DNA of 64,000 nt from Picochlorum sp. SENEW3 (taxonomy: Eukaryota), in the NCBI GenBank assembly GCA_034226945.1, contig CP120463.1, positions 1 through 64,000 of the forward strand, read 5' to 3'. A program made the translations under genes and the position numbers. Of the stretch, positions 43,177 to 57,797 are shown piece after piece. How positions within the stretch are numbered: position 1 is the first letter of the stretch; every line of letters begins with the position of its first letter. The notes under the pieces are model-generated. The model had not been told where the DNA came from. It searched no databases and saw only the letters and a program-made list of their open reading frames with translations.

Positions 43177-45228
43177 ATGAGTGACATGGTGTGTTATCAT
43201 GGCATATCTGTCCATGATGGATTCTTTCCTATGGCTCGATCACGGTCGATCGCAAGGAAATCGGCCTTGAAGAGGAAACTTCAGAGTGGTCTTTCTGCTG
43301 GGCTATTTGACTCTAGGTCTCTGTCCTCCTTTCCATTTGCATCGTCCGGGTTGCCATTGTGCACGAGCGCTCTGGGTGATGAAGAAAGCGAGCAAAAGCT
43401 CATGAGGATGACAAAGGCGGAGCTAGTCGAACTGATCCTGCAGATGAGGGAGGAAAATACTGCTTTTATGAGTCATCCATCCTCTGTGTGTGAAGAGGAA
43501 GAGGTTCAACATGGAGCAGTTGATTTTGATAGTAAAGAAGCATTGATCAAGGCTTTGGAGGATGGGATCGCTTGGCCTGAGGCAGGGGAACACGAATTTT
43601 GGAATCGAGGGCCAAGGACAGGGGATGATGGTACCATGTGCTTGTCCGAAGATTTGCAAGATACGCGGAAGGAATTGTATAGCGCAAACAAAAGCCAGTC
43701 TCCAATTCATATAGTACATGTCACCGCGGAAATGGCACCGTTGGCAAAGGTTGGGGGACTGGGTGATGTGGTCACCGGCCTAGCTGCCGCAAGTAAACGT
43801 CAGGGACACATTGTAGACGTGATTCTGCCTTTTTACGAATGTATAGATACAACTCAAATCGAAGATTTAGTAATGGAGAGAACGTTTGACAGTTTCATGG
43901 GTCGAGAGGAGGATGGAGGTCATCTGGCAATGTCGACAGTAAGCATTGAGTGTTGGACAGGAAAGATTGAAGGCTGTCCTGTCAGGCTGTTAAAACCACA
44001 GCATGTTCCTTATTTTAGAGGTGGAGCTATATATGGAGGCTCGTACAATGAAACGGAAGCGTATTTAATGTTCTGTAGGGCGTCATTAGAATACATGGCA
44101 CAGTCTGGTATGGATGTGGACATCATTCATGCACATGAATGGCAGGGGGCTGCAGTCCCTATGCTGTTCTGGGAATTGTTCTCCTCTAGAATGCCCCACG
44201 CCAGACCTATACTAACGATTCACAATATGGACAACACCGGAGAGTGCAGGCAAGATGAGTTTGCTGCTACTGGAGTATCAGGATCCTTGTTTGCATCTGT
44301 TGACAAGGCATTGGATGAAAGGACCATTGGTCACAACCCGGAGAGGCTGTGCCTGTTAAAGGGAGGAATCGTGTATTCATCTGCAGTTACGACTGTATCA
44401 CCAACATATGCTCAGGAGACGCTCACCGGAGGAACTGCAGGGTTTCTGCAGAGTACTCTGGCCAAGCCAGAGGTGACCAACAAGTACATGGGGATCTTGA
44501 ATGGCATAGACACAGACGTATGGAACCCCGCGACAGATCCATACCTACCCGCATGCTTCTCTTCCCAGATCCCTAATGGAAAATCATTGTGCAAAAAGTA
44601 CCTGCAGAGAGGCCTAGGCATGAATGAAGACCCTGAAAAGCCTCTTGTCGCAGTCATTTCCCGCCTCGTTCCACAGAAAGGAATTCATCTCATCGAACAC
44701 GCAGCAGTACAAACGATGGAGAAAGGCGGTCAATTCGTTCTTCTGGGCACAGGCCATGCCTCCGGAGGCCTCCAGGGCATTGCACATGACAGGTTCAGAG
44801 AAAACAAGGACATGTCCATGCTATTCATGTATTCAGAACCCCTCTCCCATTTGATCTATGCAGCAGCAGACATGTTCCTTGTCCCCTCCATGTTCGAGCC
44901 ATGTGGTCTCACACAAATGATTGCTCTCCGATACGGTGGTGTCCCCATCGTTCGTCGCACAGGAGGCCTTGCCGACACTGTGAGGGACGTGTCAGCCTCT
45001 GGCAGCAATGATGCCGCTCCACCTCTCCGTGGCAATGGCTTTGTCTTTGACGGTGTGGATGCAGGATCACTAGAAGAGGCCCTTGACAGAGCCTTTTCCA
45101 TGTACACAACGTCGCCACAAGCCTGGCATACCCTCAGTACGAATAATATGAATGACTCTTTCATATTTAGTTGGGATGGATCTGGAGCCAGTTATGAACA
45201 ACTCTACCTTGGATGTCTCAACCGATAA
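43177..45228 (+). CDS. Soluble starch synthase (GT5; SS4/SS6-like clade)
   Basis: AEMAPLAKVGGLGDV, IHAHEWQ, TIHN, TVSPTYA, GILNGID, SRLVPQKG, VPSMFEPCGLTQMIALRYG, RRTGGLADTV; short N-terminal coiled coil. Confidence 0.93.
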   Translation: MSDMVCYHGISVHDGFFPMARSRSIARKSALKRKLQSGLSAGLFDSRSLSSFPFASSGLPLCTSALGDEESEQKLMRMTKAELVELILQMREENTAFMSHPSSVCEEEEVQHGAVDFDSKEALIKALEDGIAWPEAGEHEFWNRGPRTGDDGTMCLSEDLQDTRKELYSANKSQSPIHIVHVTAEMAPLAKVGGLGDVVTGLAAASKRQGHIVDVILPFYECIDTTQIEDLVMERTFDSFMGREEDGGHLAMSTVSIECWTGKIEGCPVRLLKPQHVPYFRGGAIYGGSYNETEAYLMFCRASLEYMAQSGMDVDIIHAHEWQGAAVPMLFWELFSSRMPHARPILTIHNMDNTGECRQDEFAATGVSGSLFASVDKALDERTIGHNPERLCLLKGGIVYSSAVTTVSPTYAQETLTGGTAGFLQSTLAKPEVTNKYMGILNGIDTDVWNPATDPYLPACFSSQIPNGKSLCKKYLQRGLGMNEDPEKPLVAVISRLVPQKGIHLIEHAAVQTMEKGGQFVLLGTGHASGGLQGIAHDRFRENKDMSMLFMYSEPLSHLIYAAADMFLVPSMFEPCGLTQMIALRYGGVPIVRRTGGLADTVRDVSASGSNDAAPPLRGNGFVFDGVDAGSLEEALDRAFSMYTTSPQAWHTLSTNNMNDSFIFSWDGSGASYEQLYLGCLNR

Positions 45229-45286
45229 CGCTTTCATACTGTGGCAAATCCTACATATAAATAATTTAAAAATAGATATAGGAACC

Positions 45287-46253
45287 ATGTTACGGTATCT
45301 CATCGTTCCATACCTGTTCATAGCATCAGCGCTGGCCGCTGTGACGTTAGACAAGGAGCTCCGTGTTGTTATTGTCAGTGGCCAAGGATCCGAGCTTGAA
45401 ACATTCACATATACTACAGATTCACCCAAATCTATCACTCTCCGTGGATCATATTCTCTAAAGGTGCGTGTAGGCCACGTTCAAATGTGCTGGATGAGTC
45501 TCACTCGATCACGGGTGCCATTGCTTACGATGATGGATCCATTCCATAATGCAGGTTCGATTCAGTGTTTCAGGTGTATCCACTCCACTCGACCAGGCAA
45601 GTATTATTGTATCACGCCAGGGTGATGTGAAGAACATTGTTGCCTTTGCTACAAAAAGCAAGGATGGTAGCTTGGAAGGAACCTTCAGTTGGGATACCTG
45701 GGAGAATCAATTTGGACCTATTGTTAAGGACCAGGGCGAGTGGGATGTCTCCATTGCCATTGGGCACTCGTCTCCAAAAACAGCCTTGCTGACACCAGTG
45801 GCCAAACTGGAGCATGCTCCTGGCCCAGTGAGCCCACCACTTCCCGGAACAGTCCCAGTGAAGACACGAATTGCAGAAGTGTCTTCATCTCTTTCACAGA
45901 AGCCAGAGATTACCCATCAGTTTAGACCAGAGGAGAAGATGGTTGCCGCACCCGTCTCCTTCTTCTTCACAGCAGTCACTATGCTCCCAACTGTAGCTGC
46001 GTTGGGACTCATGATGCATTTCGGAGCAAATGTGAAGGGATATTATATGCAGCAGAGAGCTGAGGTGGCAAATCTGTTCCATGCAGGCGTTGTTGGGCTT
46101 ATTGCAATCCATCTTGCCTTTTGGATCAAGTTTAATCTGATGCAGATTCTCCCCGTGTTGATTCCGGTGGAGGCGGCCACAATATTGCTAGGAATCAAGT
46201 TGTCGTCATGTTTCACCCATGGTGAAAAAACAGCAAAGGACAAGACAGCATAG
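45287..46253 (+). CDS. RPN2: Oligosaccharyltransferase subunit ribophorin II/Swp1 (short form); intron 45464-45554
   Basis: Signal peptide; in-frame GT..AG intron; KPEITHQFRPEEK motif followed by three TM helices, including FWIKFNLMQIL. Confidence 0.8.
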
Positions 46254-46574
46254 ACCCAGTCTGTATGAGAAGAAGATGTATCCGCGTGCATGCGCAGGAG
46301 GATGCGTTGCATAGGCGACGACTGAGACAATCTGACTTAAAAAATTGGACACACAACACATGTCCTCTTGAGCAGAGCAGAGCTCTTGGATAGCGCTATA
46401 TAGATCTATTTCACAATAGTATGTATGTAAAATTGCAGTGGTATCTATTGTACCATTGAGGAGTGAGCTTTAGTATCGTTGCGAGTTGAATTCGTCAGAA
46501 GCGCATCCTTGGTCCGCCGGACTCCGAGGGGTTTCCTTTACTAGATTGATAGTTTTTTACTTAGAATTGGATGA

Positions 46575-49500
46575 ATGAAGATCAATAAATCAGGGCTTCG
46601 TGTCGGTACTGTACGTGTGCTTGATTTCGACCGAGTTCATCATTCCGGGCACGGTCTTAGACTCGCAGTCAACGCGAGTGGGGCAGGGAAGGGCCTGTAT
46701 ACTATTTTTGGAGCATAATAAGGAATTTATCATGGATGGACTGACTGTTGGATGGATGTGGTTGACGGAGAGTTTTGTGTCATGTGCAGACGGTACCAGA
46801 CCACATTGAGAAGCGTATTGATGGATTGATCAGGGATGTTCCTATCCAAGGCATTGGGAAGGCGGTGCAAGGATTCTCTTGGGAAGGAGATAGGGTGCGT
46901 GTATGAGTTGTTTGTGTCGCTCATGTATGATCTTCTTCACCGTCATGGGGTGTAACAAACCATCTTTGTCTGCAGGATACCATTTATCACTGGATTCGAC
47001 TTCTGGATCGACTGGACGAATTTCTGACATACTGCACCAAAGATTATGTCAAGAAGATGCTCGATCCCGAGTGTACGGTGGAGACGGAGCTCCCTGTTGA
47101 GGAGGAGGATGTCATCAGTGCACTGAATTGCTCGATAGAGGTGCTTGCCAACGTTGCTGGCAAAGAGCAGTACAGTAGTTTGGATCAGGTTTGTGATTTA
47201 CTCGCCTGTTCGAATTGTCGTATCGTTAATAGAGCCTTGGTGCTGCTGGAAACTGTGTATCAAAGGAGTATGGGAGTTTATCAGAGTGTGCCCCCAGATT
47301 TGCCTTATTTTCTTGAGGCTATTGCGGCACCATCCTCAGGCCCTTCACTGTTGAATATCGTGGAGGGAAAATTACCGATGAAGAAGAGAGGTGCTTCTCG
47401 TTTGGAGTTTGCTGTGGAACCAAATCCAGTCGAGGAGGTGGATGAGAGGCCTGAGGAGGAGAAGCTTTCCAACTACAATCAGCGTAGATCTTTCAAGGTC
47501 GGGAAAAGGACAGACCTCCCGGCCGATGATTTTAAAGCTTTGAGATATCTTATTCATGAACACGGGCCGATTCGAGGGAGAAGACAAAGGTTCAGACTGC
47601 TGACAGAAATACGAGCATGTTCACTGTTTGATTGTGCTGGGAAGGATCGCTTGGAGCTTGAGGCTAAGAATAGGTTGTTGGCAGGATCTGTTTTAGTTCC
47701 CGTGTGTATTGGTGGAGAATTATGGGGAAAGACGCATGATGCACTAAAGAAAATGGACCTGGATGAGGTGTTCAAGAAGACTTTTGGGGAGGAATGCTCT
47801 GTCCCAGAGGCAATTCTTCCAGAGGTTCTCACGGCTCTAGCAAATAAATATGTAGGTTCGGATAGGAGTACGTATAAGATGGGCCTGATTGAAAACATCT
47901 TGAAAGGGGGTGAATTTTCTCCTTTCGGAAGATTCCTGCAAACGCGTAGTGAAAGAGTTCTTGGTTCATGCTCAGAGCTAGATGTTCGAATTCTAGAGGC
48001 GACTCTGCATGCAGCAGCCATGTTGTGCAACATGAGATTTTTTTGCGAGGAATTGATAGATGCACAGTTTTTCGAATCTATATTACCTTTAATTGGGGAT
48101 CAGAGTGGCTATTGTAGGAGGAGTATTGTGGCAAGCTGTTTGCTTGCAGTTGAAGCCATGTTCAGTGGCACATCTGCAGGAGCTGAGAAGTTTGCCGCCT
48201 GCCATGGTCCCGAGGTTTTAGAACAGCGTCTTGAGTTCGAGATTTCTAAAGCGAAGACTGAATCATCCATTGCTTACGGCCAGAAATTCTTGGTTAAGAA
48301 ACTCTTGAAGACAATGACTAAAGTGATCATGACCTCTGATACCTCTGGGATTGAGGAAAAGAGAGTTCAGATCTTATACAGTGCGATCAAAGAAATATTC
48401 GAGTCCCATGAACTTTTCGAATCTGGAATATTCGATTCCGCCTGTACGTGTTTCCGCGAACTCCTTAATCATGATCCTTTGCAATACAAGACCATGTCTT
48501 CTTTTGGCTTGGATGTCGCTTATCTGGATGCTGTATCCTCCATGAAAGGCCGAGACGGCGATGTGACTCTTAATATTATCCCGACTCTGTCTGCTATGTG
48601 CTTGAACGAAACTGGTAGGGCACTAGTAAAATCTAGGAAAGCTGTACAGTACATTGCTGATACTTTTTTGGATGTCAGAGCATTGTGTTTGCTCCCAACG
48701 TCACAGAGCATTGGTAGGGCATTGGAAGAAATGGTTCGGCACCATGAGACTATGTTGGGTGAAGTTGTGGAATCCATGGTTTTGGCAGTCGATATTGTCA
48801 GGAAAATAGCATCTACTGGGGAAATTGAAGTCCTATTGGAGGAGAGATTAGCCAAGGACCTTCCTACATTTGTGTCAATTGCTATATCAAGACTCTCAGA
48901 AGTAATTAATCCCGTCTGCGAAGTTAATGAGGCAGCAGCGACGCAATTTTTCGAGCAAGGCGGGCTGCAATTATATATGGATTTGGTTCAGCCTAGTTTT
49001 GCCATCGATTGCTTTTGTTGCACAAGAGCTGCATCAAGCACTGGCAACTTTTTCAAGAATTTGATTCTTCTCGAGAATAAGCGAGATTATGTGCTGGAGA
49101 TTTTGATGAAGGAGGCAAGGGTTTCTTTGACTGAAGCCAATGCCCTATTTGACGAGCTTGAAAAGCAAAGATACTACAATGAGGATTTCTGCATCTCAAA
49201 ATGCACAGATCATGATCTGGGCCCGCTGATGCGATCAATCTCAAAGTCCACAATCTTAATTGGATCATTTGCTCCACTTCCTTTTATGAACACTAATAAT
49301 AAATCAATGAAGATATGCATCGATAAAGGGTTATGCATTCTGCCAGATTTGGAGAAGGTACTGAGTAGAGTAGTAAGACTCCTGACAGTGTCGGATGAAT
49401 GGAGACTTCAAATGGACATGGAATTGAAAGCCATAGTAAAAGACTCTCTTGAGGAAAAGCAATTGAAAACCAGGGACTTAGATGTAGAAAAGAAACGTGA

Positions 49501-52500
49501 TACACTTAACCTTTTCTTTAGGGCTTCTTGTCATCTCTGCAACATATTTGGCCGTATCTCTGAAGGGTCAATATTGATATGGGAAAACAATCAGACTGAA
49601 GCCGATAAAGCTGCACGAACAATAGCTTTATTATCTGCAGGCTTGATCACGAATAGTTTTTCGTATCTACTGAAGTTTGAGAATCAAAGAGACTTCAAAC
49701 TTGGGCGTCGACAAAGACATATGATCAGGCTTTGTAGAATTCTCACCGCCCTGGTGTTCGATCATAGGAAAAAGTCTGTCCATATATACACTATGAATGC
49801 CATGTTCAGATTTGGCTTGCTTGATTTCTTCTTGGGAGAGCTCGTCAATGTGTCTCGAGTCGCCCTCGAAGCCGTGCAAAATGAGGGAAATGTTTTCATT
49901 CCTACTCTCAAAGAGTTGAAAGAACAAGAGCGCCAGTTTGAAACCACAGGTATTGGTCGCTCCCCTTTATGCAAAGAGATTGAGGCGGACGAATGGATAA
50001 GAAGGTCTTTAATTATTTCGAATCAACATGCTTTGCTTTCAATGCTTGGCTTTTTAGAAATCATCACCAGCAAGGACGCCTATAAAGGTTCAGAGAGCAG
50101 GTCCAAGGTTCTTGATCCTCACCTATTCAGCTTGCCTGACTGGATAGATAGCAGAAATTATAAACCATTATCAACTGCTGAGATAACAGGCCCTATTTGT
50201 TGGCATGTCTGGAATTGTCTGGAAGACATTAGCCTGGCCAATGCTGATGGATGGAGCAGGAGCCCTCTTCCTTTAGCAAAGTATGTGAAGGTGCTTCTTC
50301 ATTGTCGGAAGTGTTTGGATAAAATACAGTGGCCATCTGAAGAAGAAGCATTTGAAGCGCTCAAATTAGCCGATCATGTTTCAAAGGTCAAAGATAAATG
50401 TCTCAAGGAAGATCCTGAACTCTCAACTAGTGTTTTGTACAGCGCCTTCAGATCACTCGAAGACGGCTGCATGCCTGCTGCTGTTGAGCCACTTTTGGAA
50501 ACTAGGAGGAAGAATAAAGAATTATCTGATAGCGGGGTAAAATGGATCTTTTCCGAGGGTGAAATCAAACCTTTGAATGAAAAGGAATTCAAGCTACTCT
50601 TTGACATCGGCGGTATTTTGCATTCTTCTAAATTGTTAGTTGACCCAATGGACGCTCTAATCAGTTTAAACATTCAAGCAACTAAGGGACTATCCAATAT
50701 TATAAATAGTCTAGCTCTACGTTATGAGGAAGAAAGAGATGGAAATTTTGTGAGGGAATCCCTTGATAACATGTTATTGTTGGTCGAAAACCTTCCTGTC
50801 AGTTCATTTCCCATGTCAGATATCCTTGTCCAGTCATTCACTGGGAACTTGTCAGAGTTGAGACTTATAGTTGACAAACATCTCGATAAGATCGAAGCAA
50901 GAATAACGGGGATGTCAGAACAAGCCTTGAAAGAATGGGTGAATTTGGGGAAGGACAAAGAGATTAGCGCTTTGCTAAAACTGATTTCCTCCATGCTGAA
51001 TACTTCGTCGGTGCTAAGAAAATCAAAGCCTTTTATTGAGGGCTTTGGGCAACGGCTTCTGAAATTACTGCAAGTGTGGAGACAAGCTGTTCATATCAGC
51101 AAGAGAGCAAAGGCTAGGAACTTGCTCAAAGTTCCCCATTGGGTGGATGCTTGCCTACTGTGCATCATGATTCTAGGGGAGGAATCATATCGACCGAAAG
51201 AGAGGATTCCCACCGTGCAAGGTAATCCAGCTGACCCAAAGAAAGATTTTATCTCCAGAGTTAAAGCAGCTTTGCCTCCTCTTGAGTCTGGCCAAGTATC
51301 TATTCTAGTTGAGGCTTCAGAGATTGCCGTTGAATGCTTGAAAATTTCTTATCGATTTGCTGAACATCTGTGGAGACCCTTGGCAAAGGAGGAGATGGAA
51401 TCCCCAAAACATTTCTATGACCCATCTCCAAAATCCTCTGTTGCAGCCATCTTGGAATTTTTTACTATGGCGACGAAAAACAGGAAAGCATCAGATGCGA
51501 TAATCAACAAAAATGGCCATAATTTAATCCTCGCGATACCAGAGTGTGCTCACACGACAGAATGTGATGGCTTTGTTGCATTAGTTCTGCACCAGCTTAT
51601 TCAAGATGAGCAGTCATTACAGGCAGGGATGGAGGCCTCAATCAAGTCAACACTGATGAGGAGAAATAGGAGTTTATCAGAGAGAGGAGTGAGCCTCAAA
51701 CAATTTTCAGCTAACTCTATTGCCCTGGCCTGCAGAGACGCAGGATGTTTCTGTCGAGCTGTTGATAATGTATGTACCTTTTCAAGGATTGGCAATCGCG
51801 TGGAAGTGAAATTACGTTCCTCTAGCGATAGACTAGAGGGCGGGTGTACTGAGCAAAAGATGTCTGATACAGAAGATGGAGGAGCAAAGAATTCTGGAGC
51901 GCAGGGTGCAGAGAACTCCCAGGCAGATAAAAAGACTCCAAAGAAGTCGAGCAAAAAGCTTCCATCGCCAGTAATGCAGATTATTGATGCTATTATTGGT
52001 CGATTGATATATCTTGCATCGCCTGCAGCAGTGCAGAAGATCCTTCTGGCCAGTCAATCAAAATTAGATGATAAATCAGCTAAGAAACTGAGTTCAGAAA
52101 GATTTTTGCTTTCTCAGCAAATTTTGTGTATCAATATGATCTCAGAGTTTCTCATATCGTCTACCCATTGTGTCACGGCATTTTTGCGTAGAGATGCTGA
52201 TCCATTGCCAGATTGGGTGATGAATAAACAAGGCCTCCAAACACCTCAAAGCAAAGTGTCAAAGAAAGATAAGCAGAGTTCAAAGAAATCCAAGAATAAA
52301 GAGGCGAAGTCAATTCCAACAGGTTCAACAAAGGCAGCAGGTGGCTATGAGGGATCGAATCTTTGTTTCTTGATAGGGTTCATTCTCAGGAATCAGGTCT
52401 CCTACCATGGTCATGGTGAACACGTACCCATGAGAACGTCGCTGAGCAAAGATGCATGTTCACTCTTGATTGCGCTCGCCCAAAAATCACTAGAAGGACA

Positions 52501-55500
52501 ACGGCGAATTTGTCAGGAGATTCAGTTAATTTTGCATTCATTCGCATATCCAGGCCAAGGTAATCCTTCTAACTACACAGATATAAGGAGTCTAGATAAA
52601 GCTGGTGAAAGGCGAAGTATTTCTGCAGACCTGGAGGGGGCATTAATTCTTTTAGCAACAATGGTATCCGTGCAAGGGACGTCTTCTTCTTCAGATAATC
52701 AGGCTTCTTACACAAAGGATTTAATGGAAAGGTTTCTTCAGGGCGGCATGGTTTCGTTGCTCGTTGATACAATAAACCAGTTGGACTTGTCAGATACCAG
52801 TGATGAGAGACTGAAACTCTTGCTATCGGCGATCATTCGCTCAATTGAAAAACTAACTACAGTGAGAGCAACAGTGAAAATAGCAGACGGTATGGGAGAA
52901 GAAAGCGACATGGGGGTGCCCTTTGAAGATTTGGTTGCACAACTCAATGAGAGAGGATGGCTCCTTGCACATGAGGAGCCCATTGACGCGAGCAGTGGTG
53001 ACAATGAAGATTCTATGATTCTAGAACACGAGGAAGATTCGGGAGGTGGAGAATCCTCATATTACTCTTCCATGGATAGTGAGGAAGACAGTGAAGTGTG
53101 GTCCTACACAGAAAGTGGTGATAGTATTGAAGATGATAGCTCGGATAACCCACTTGTGGTTGAGGTTGGAGGTACTTCTGATGATGATTCCATGGATGAC
53201 TCTATGAACGATGATATGAGTGATAGCGATGCTGAGGATGAGGCAGTTGAGGAGGAAGATGAGGAGGATATGCTTTTAGATATGGAGTACGACTTCGATG
53301 ACATCTTCCCAGTCAATGGTAGTTCTGAGTGGAGAAGGGCACCATTCTTCAGAGAAGGACTACCTCCATTTTTGGCGAGAAACGTGCAAAGAGGACCTCA
53401 TTCACTTCTTGAACCGATGGCAGACGGCGCAAGTGATGATGATGCATTTCTCGATGGAAATGAAGAAGGCGCTGAGGAATATTATAGTGATGAGGAGTAC
53501 GAGGAAGACGGTGCTTGTCCATATGGAGACGACTCAATTGTTTCTAATCACAATTTTGCGAATACGCTGGTTGCAAGATTCTGGATACAGGAACAAGATG
53601 GTGAGAGGAGCAATCTGCAGTTTAACCAAGACCCCTTATTTGGGACTGCTTTCATCAGCTCTAGATTGCTGGTTCCTGCATTCCGACCACCCAGATTTAA
53701 TGAAGATACGGAAATTCCTGCTTCAATATATCATCATCCAATCTTAACACGGCCAATATCGGGAATGGTTCGTGAATCAGGAAGGCACTCTGAGATGCAC
53801 GGACTACTGTCCAATGAATCAAGTCCATCTAGATACTTTGGCAGATGGATTCCTGCCCATCGCCATGATCATCGAGGGAACAGTATCTTTCGGTCACAAC
53901 CAGGTCTTAACAGATTGCCAGAGCAGCATTTACCGAGTCAGATAGTTGAACATTTTGCTGCATTGATTGAAGACCCAGCAAACATTGCACAGCACGACAG
54001 CAGTGCCAGGGACAGGCGCAGAGATCGTATCTATCGCAGCCTAAATGCTTTAGGTGATCCAATCACAAGTGAAATACTTAATTTTGACCAGAATCGAGCC
54101 AACAGTCCTCCTATCGTGCGTCCAAGGCAACGGCAGCGGACTACTGCAGAACCTGGAGCCGGGGTATCCACAAGGAGACCCACAGATGATGCCATCGTCG
54201 TACCCACAGGATCTGAAGCGCCTTTAGATAATGCAAATGAAAATCAGCTCAATGATGACAGTGATGATATAGAACCCATCGATCCTGAGTTTTTGGCAGC
54301 TTTACCCCCTGATTTGCAAGGTGAAGTGATTGAGAACCATGAGAGGGAACGTCGAGCCAGGAGGATTTCAAGAGCAGCAGCATCTGCTCGAGAAAGAAAT
54401 AGAAATACAACAACCGAGATGAACGGAGAAAATTATGTAGCAGAAATGATGTCTCATATACCAGAGGAACTCCAAGCAGAAGCATTAGCTGGGATGGAGA
54501 ATTCAAGCAACCCTCAGCAAGATCAGATTGCTGATGAAGAGGACACGGGAAATCAAATCGAATTAGCCCTTAGAGAGCTTATCGATAATACTTATTCCTC
54601 AGGGACCCGACCAAGAGAGATTCGTGTCCGGAATACCAGAAATGCTCTATTGGAAAACATATCAAACCCAATTGTTAATAGAGAATGGAGCCGGTTGATC
54701 CAGCCAGTTGCTCAGCATCGAGCTTCTCAACTGCAGTCTGAGTTTTCGACGCCTGACTTTGATAGGATCTCACTCGATTTGCAATTTGAGAGGGGAAGAC
54801 AATCAGAAAGGTTGGACAAAAGAAATGATGTTCAAAGCGATAGTGAACCTCTTCTGCAAGAGAATCAGATACCACAGCTTTTGAGGCTGCTCAAGTTTGG
54901 ACGCTGGGAAGGCAAGCTTCATTTGAATAGAGCGATAAGGCATTTGACGGAATCTAAACACACGGCTCAAGCAATTTTTAGGCAAATCTTCTGCCTACTG
55001 AGGTGCCCGCTTTCAAATCTGGAGACAAACACAGAAAATTTACAGGCTACACTTACGAATCTGAAACATCCTATGCCATCTCTACTGACAGACATCCATC
55101 AATATATTGTAGACACACATGGATCTTCAGTCGTTTTGAAATTACTGGGTCTCGAGGAACCTGATGATGACACTGGCATTCCTCAATCAGGAATTTTGTC
55201 CAGTGCAGTTACAAGGCGACTGCTTGAGCTTCTCAGGTATTGCTTTAATCTCGTTGAAAGGGGGGTAAATAATGTGCTGGAGATGGATATATCGTCTCTT
55301 TATGATCTTTATAAGTCTATGGGTATCATTCACATTGATATCATGGATACAAACCACAGAAGTTCTGTACCAGCTCTTGATGTCCTCTTGAGTTTGCCCT
55401 TGCGGCATGATATCTCAAAGTGTTCTTTACGAAGCATGTCTTTAGAAGTTGTCCGGACATTTTTAAGCCACTTCGAAGAAATGGAAAATAGCATTCAATC

Positions 55501-57739
55501 AAAGAAGAAGAAAATCAAGGAGATTAGGGACAAAAATACCAAAGGGGTTGAGGGTACATCAGATTCCCCTGCTATCGATACGCTAGAGATAGAACAACTA
55601 GAGAATGAGATCAAGGAGTTGGAAGAGAAAGCTATTGGACCTCGCAAAGCGATTAAAGTGCTTAACAAAGATATTATTCGGAACTATGTCATGATGCTGA
55701 CGTATCCATCTCTCAAAGAGTCAGAAACAGACTGTGTCAGAATGATATTACATTCAATCACATCTGTCAACTCAGACTGCTGGGAAATAATAGGAAGCGC
55801 AGCAGCTGAATTTATTGAGCGCCTCTCTTTGACTGCCATGACTGAGTTACAAGATTTGACCAATGGTGCAAATCTTGCAACCAAGATTTTGAGGCCAGAG
55901 AGCAAAGGCTTAGGCATATTTAGGTGTCTTCAAGCAGTGGCTGAAGGTATTTTCCAACTTGTTGTTGATTGCTTCGACCCAAATCCTCCAAGCTTGCCAG
56001 CTGAAGCAGAGCGAGTGCGCAGCATTGCTGGGAAAGTTTTGGAGAAGATGCTCGAGAGAACTAAAACAACCTTGTGGGGCCCATTCAACATTGCTGCGAA
56101 AGCAATCGAGCAGGAATTGCAGAAACAAGAAAATGTGACAGGAAAACATTTGCCACTCTCTGTGAAAATGATACGCCCTTATGTGGAATCATATTTTCTG
56201 ATACATGATACCTTAAGGTGCTCTTCATGCTCTCTTGAAGTTCTTGCAAGGGAAATCAATGAGCTGACAGAAGAGGAGCAAGCGTGGACGATCAAAAGAG
56301 AGGAAGTCTCGAAAGCAGCACAGGAGCAAACTGTGGCGAGTTTTACTAGAATACAATCAATCGATGTGATGGCAGGAAGTCAAAAATTGGAAAAAGCAGA
56401 GGGATCTCGTTCACCTGATAAATCTCAAGTTGTCTGTCTGCCATCATCAGATTCGAACTTCTCTCGATTTGCTGAGAATCACAGAAAGCTAATTAATCTG
56501 ATCGTCTCTAATGATCCGACTGTGCTGGATGGATCGATGAATATGTTGCTCAAGTATCCTAAGCTGCTTGACTTTGAGAATAAGAGAGTTCATTTCAGAA
56601 AACGCGTTCAGACCTTGGCAAGGCAGCTTGCACATCATTCACGGCTCTCCCTGAATGTGCGACGCGCCCATGTATTTGAGGATTCTTTCAATCAGCTCCG
56701 CGTGGTGTCGAAGTCTCAGATGAGGTCACCCTTGAAGGTTACTTTCTCAGGAGAAGAGGGTGTAGATGTTGGAGGCTTGACAAGAGAATGGTATCAGGTG
56801 ATGTCAAGAGAGATGTTTAACCCTGGAATATCTCTCTTCGAGGCTGTTCCACAGGATTCATCAACCTATCAGCCAAATCCAAATTCCATTGTACAAACAG
56901 ATCGAGCTAGGGGTATATCCCATCTGGATTATTTCAAATTTGTCGGCCATGTTGTTGGCAAAGCTTTGCTGGATAACCAGATCATTGATGCTCACTTCAC
57001 GCGATCCTTCTACAAACATATGCTTGGTCAACCACTAACATATCGTGATATTGAAGGGGTTGATCCGGACTTTTTCAAGAACTTGAGCTGGATGTTAGAA
57101 AATGATATTGATGGGGTTTTGGATTTGACATTCTCTGAAGAATCTGATTTCTTTGGGCAGAAGTCAGTCGTTGAACTATGTCCCAATGGTGCTAATACCA
57201 AGGTGACTGACCAAAACAAAAGAGATTACGTGGATGCTGTTGCTCGCCATCGGATGACGAATGCGATTCAACCTCAGATTCATGCATTCCTAGATGGGTT
57301 TTGGAATGTGGTACCACGGATCTCAATCTCCCTATTCAATGATCATGAATTGGAATTGATGATTTCGGGTCTTCCAGATGTAGACGTATTGGATTTAAGA
57401 GCGAATTGTGAATATCATGGGGGTTACTCTGCATCTTCGCAAGTCATCCTATGGTTCTGGGAGATTGCTTTGGCCATGGACAGGGAGCAAAAGGCCCTTC
57501 TTCTCCAATTTGTCACGGGCACTTCAAAGGTCCCGGTAGGGGGATTTAGCGAACTTCAAGCGATATCTGGGAGGCAGAAGTTTCAGATTCACAAAGCGTA
57601 CGGGGATGAAGATAGGCTTCCGACTGCACATACCTGTTTCAATCAGTTAGACTTGCCAGAATACAGTTCAAAAGATAGACTTAAAGAGAGGTTGCTGATC
57701 GCCATTCACGAGGGTAAAGAGGGATTTGGATTTGCATAG
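46575..57739 (+). CDS. UPL1: HECT E3 ubiquitin ligase UPL1/2 (HUWE1/Tom1 family); exons 46575-46610, 46790-46894, 46976-57739
   Basis: Spliced N-terminus gives FSWEGDRDTIYHWIRLLDRLDEFL. Also an armadillo-like body, an acidic region, UBM motif IDPEFLAALPPDL, and the HECT domain (GEEGVDVGGLTREWY..LPTAHTCFNQLDLPEY..EGFGFA). First exon is inferred. Confidence 0.95.
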
Positions 57740-57797
57740 ACACGTTAATCATAATTAATTACTATTATAAATATTTATATGATCAGATAATCGAAAG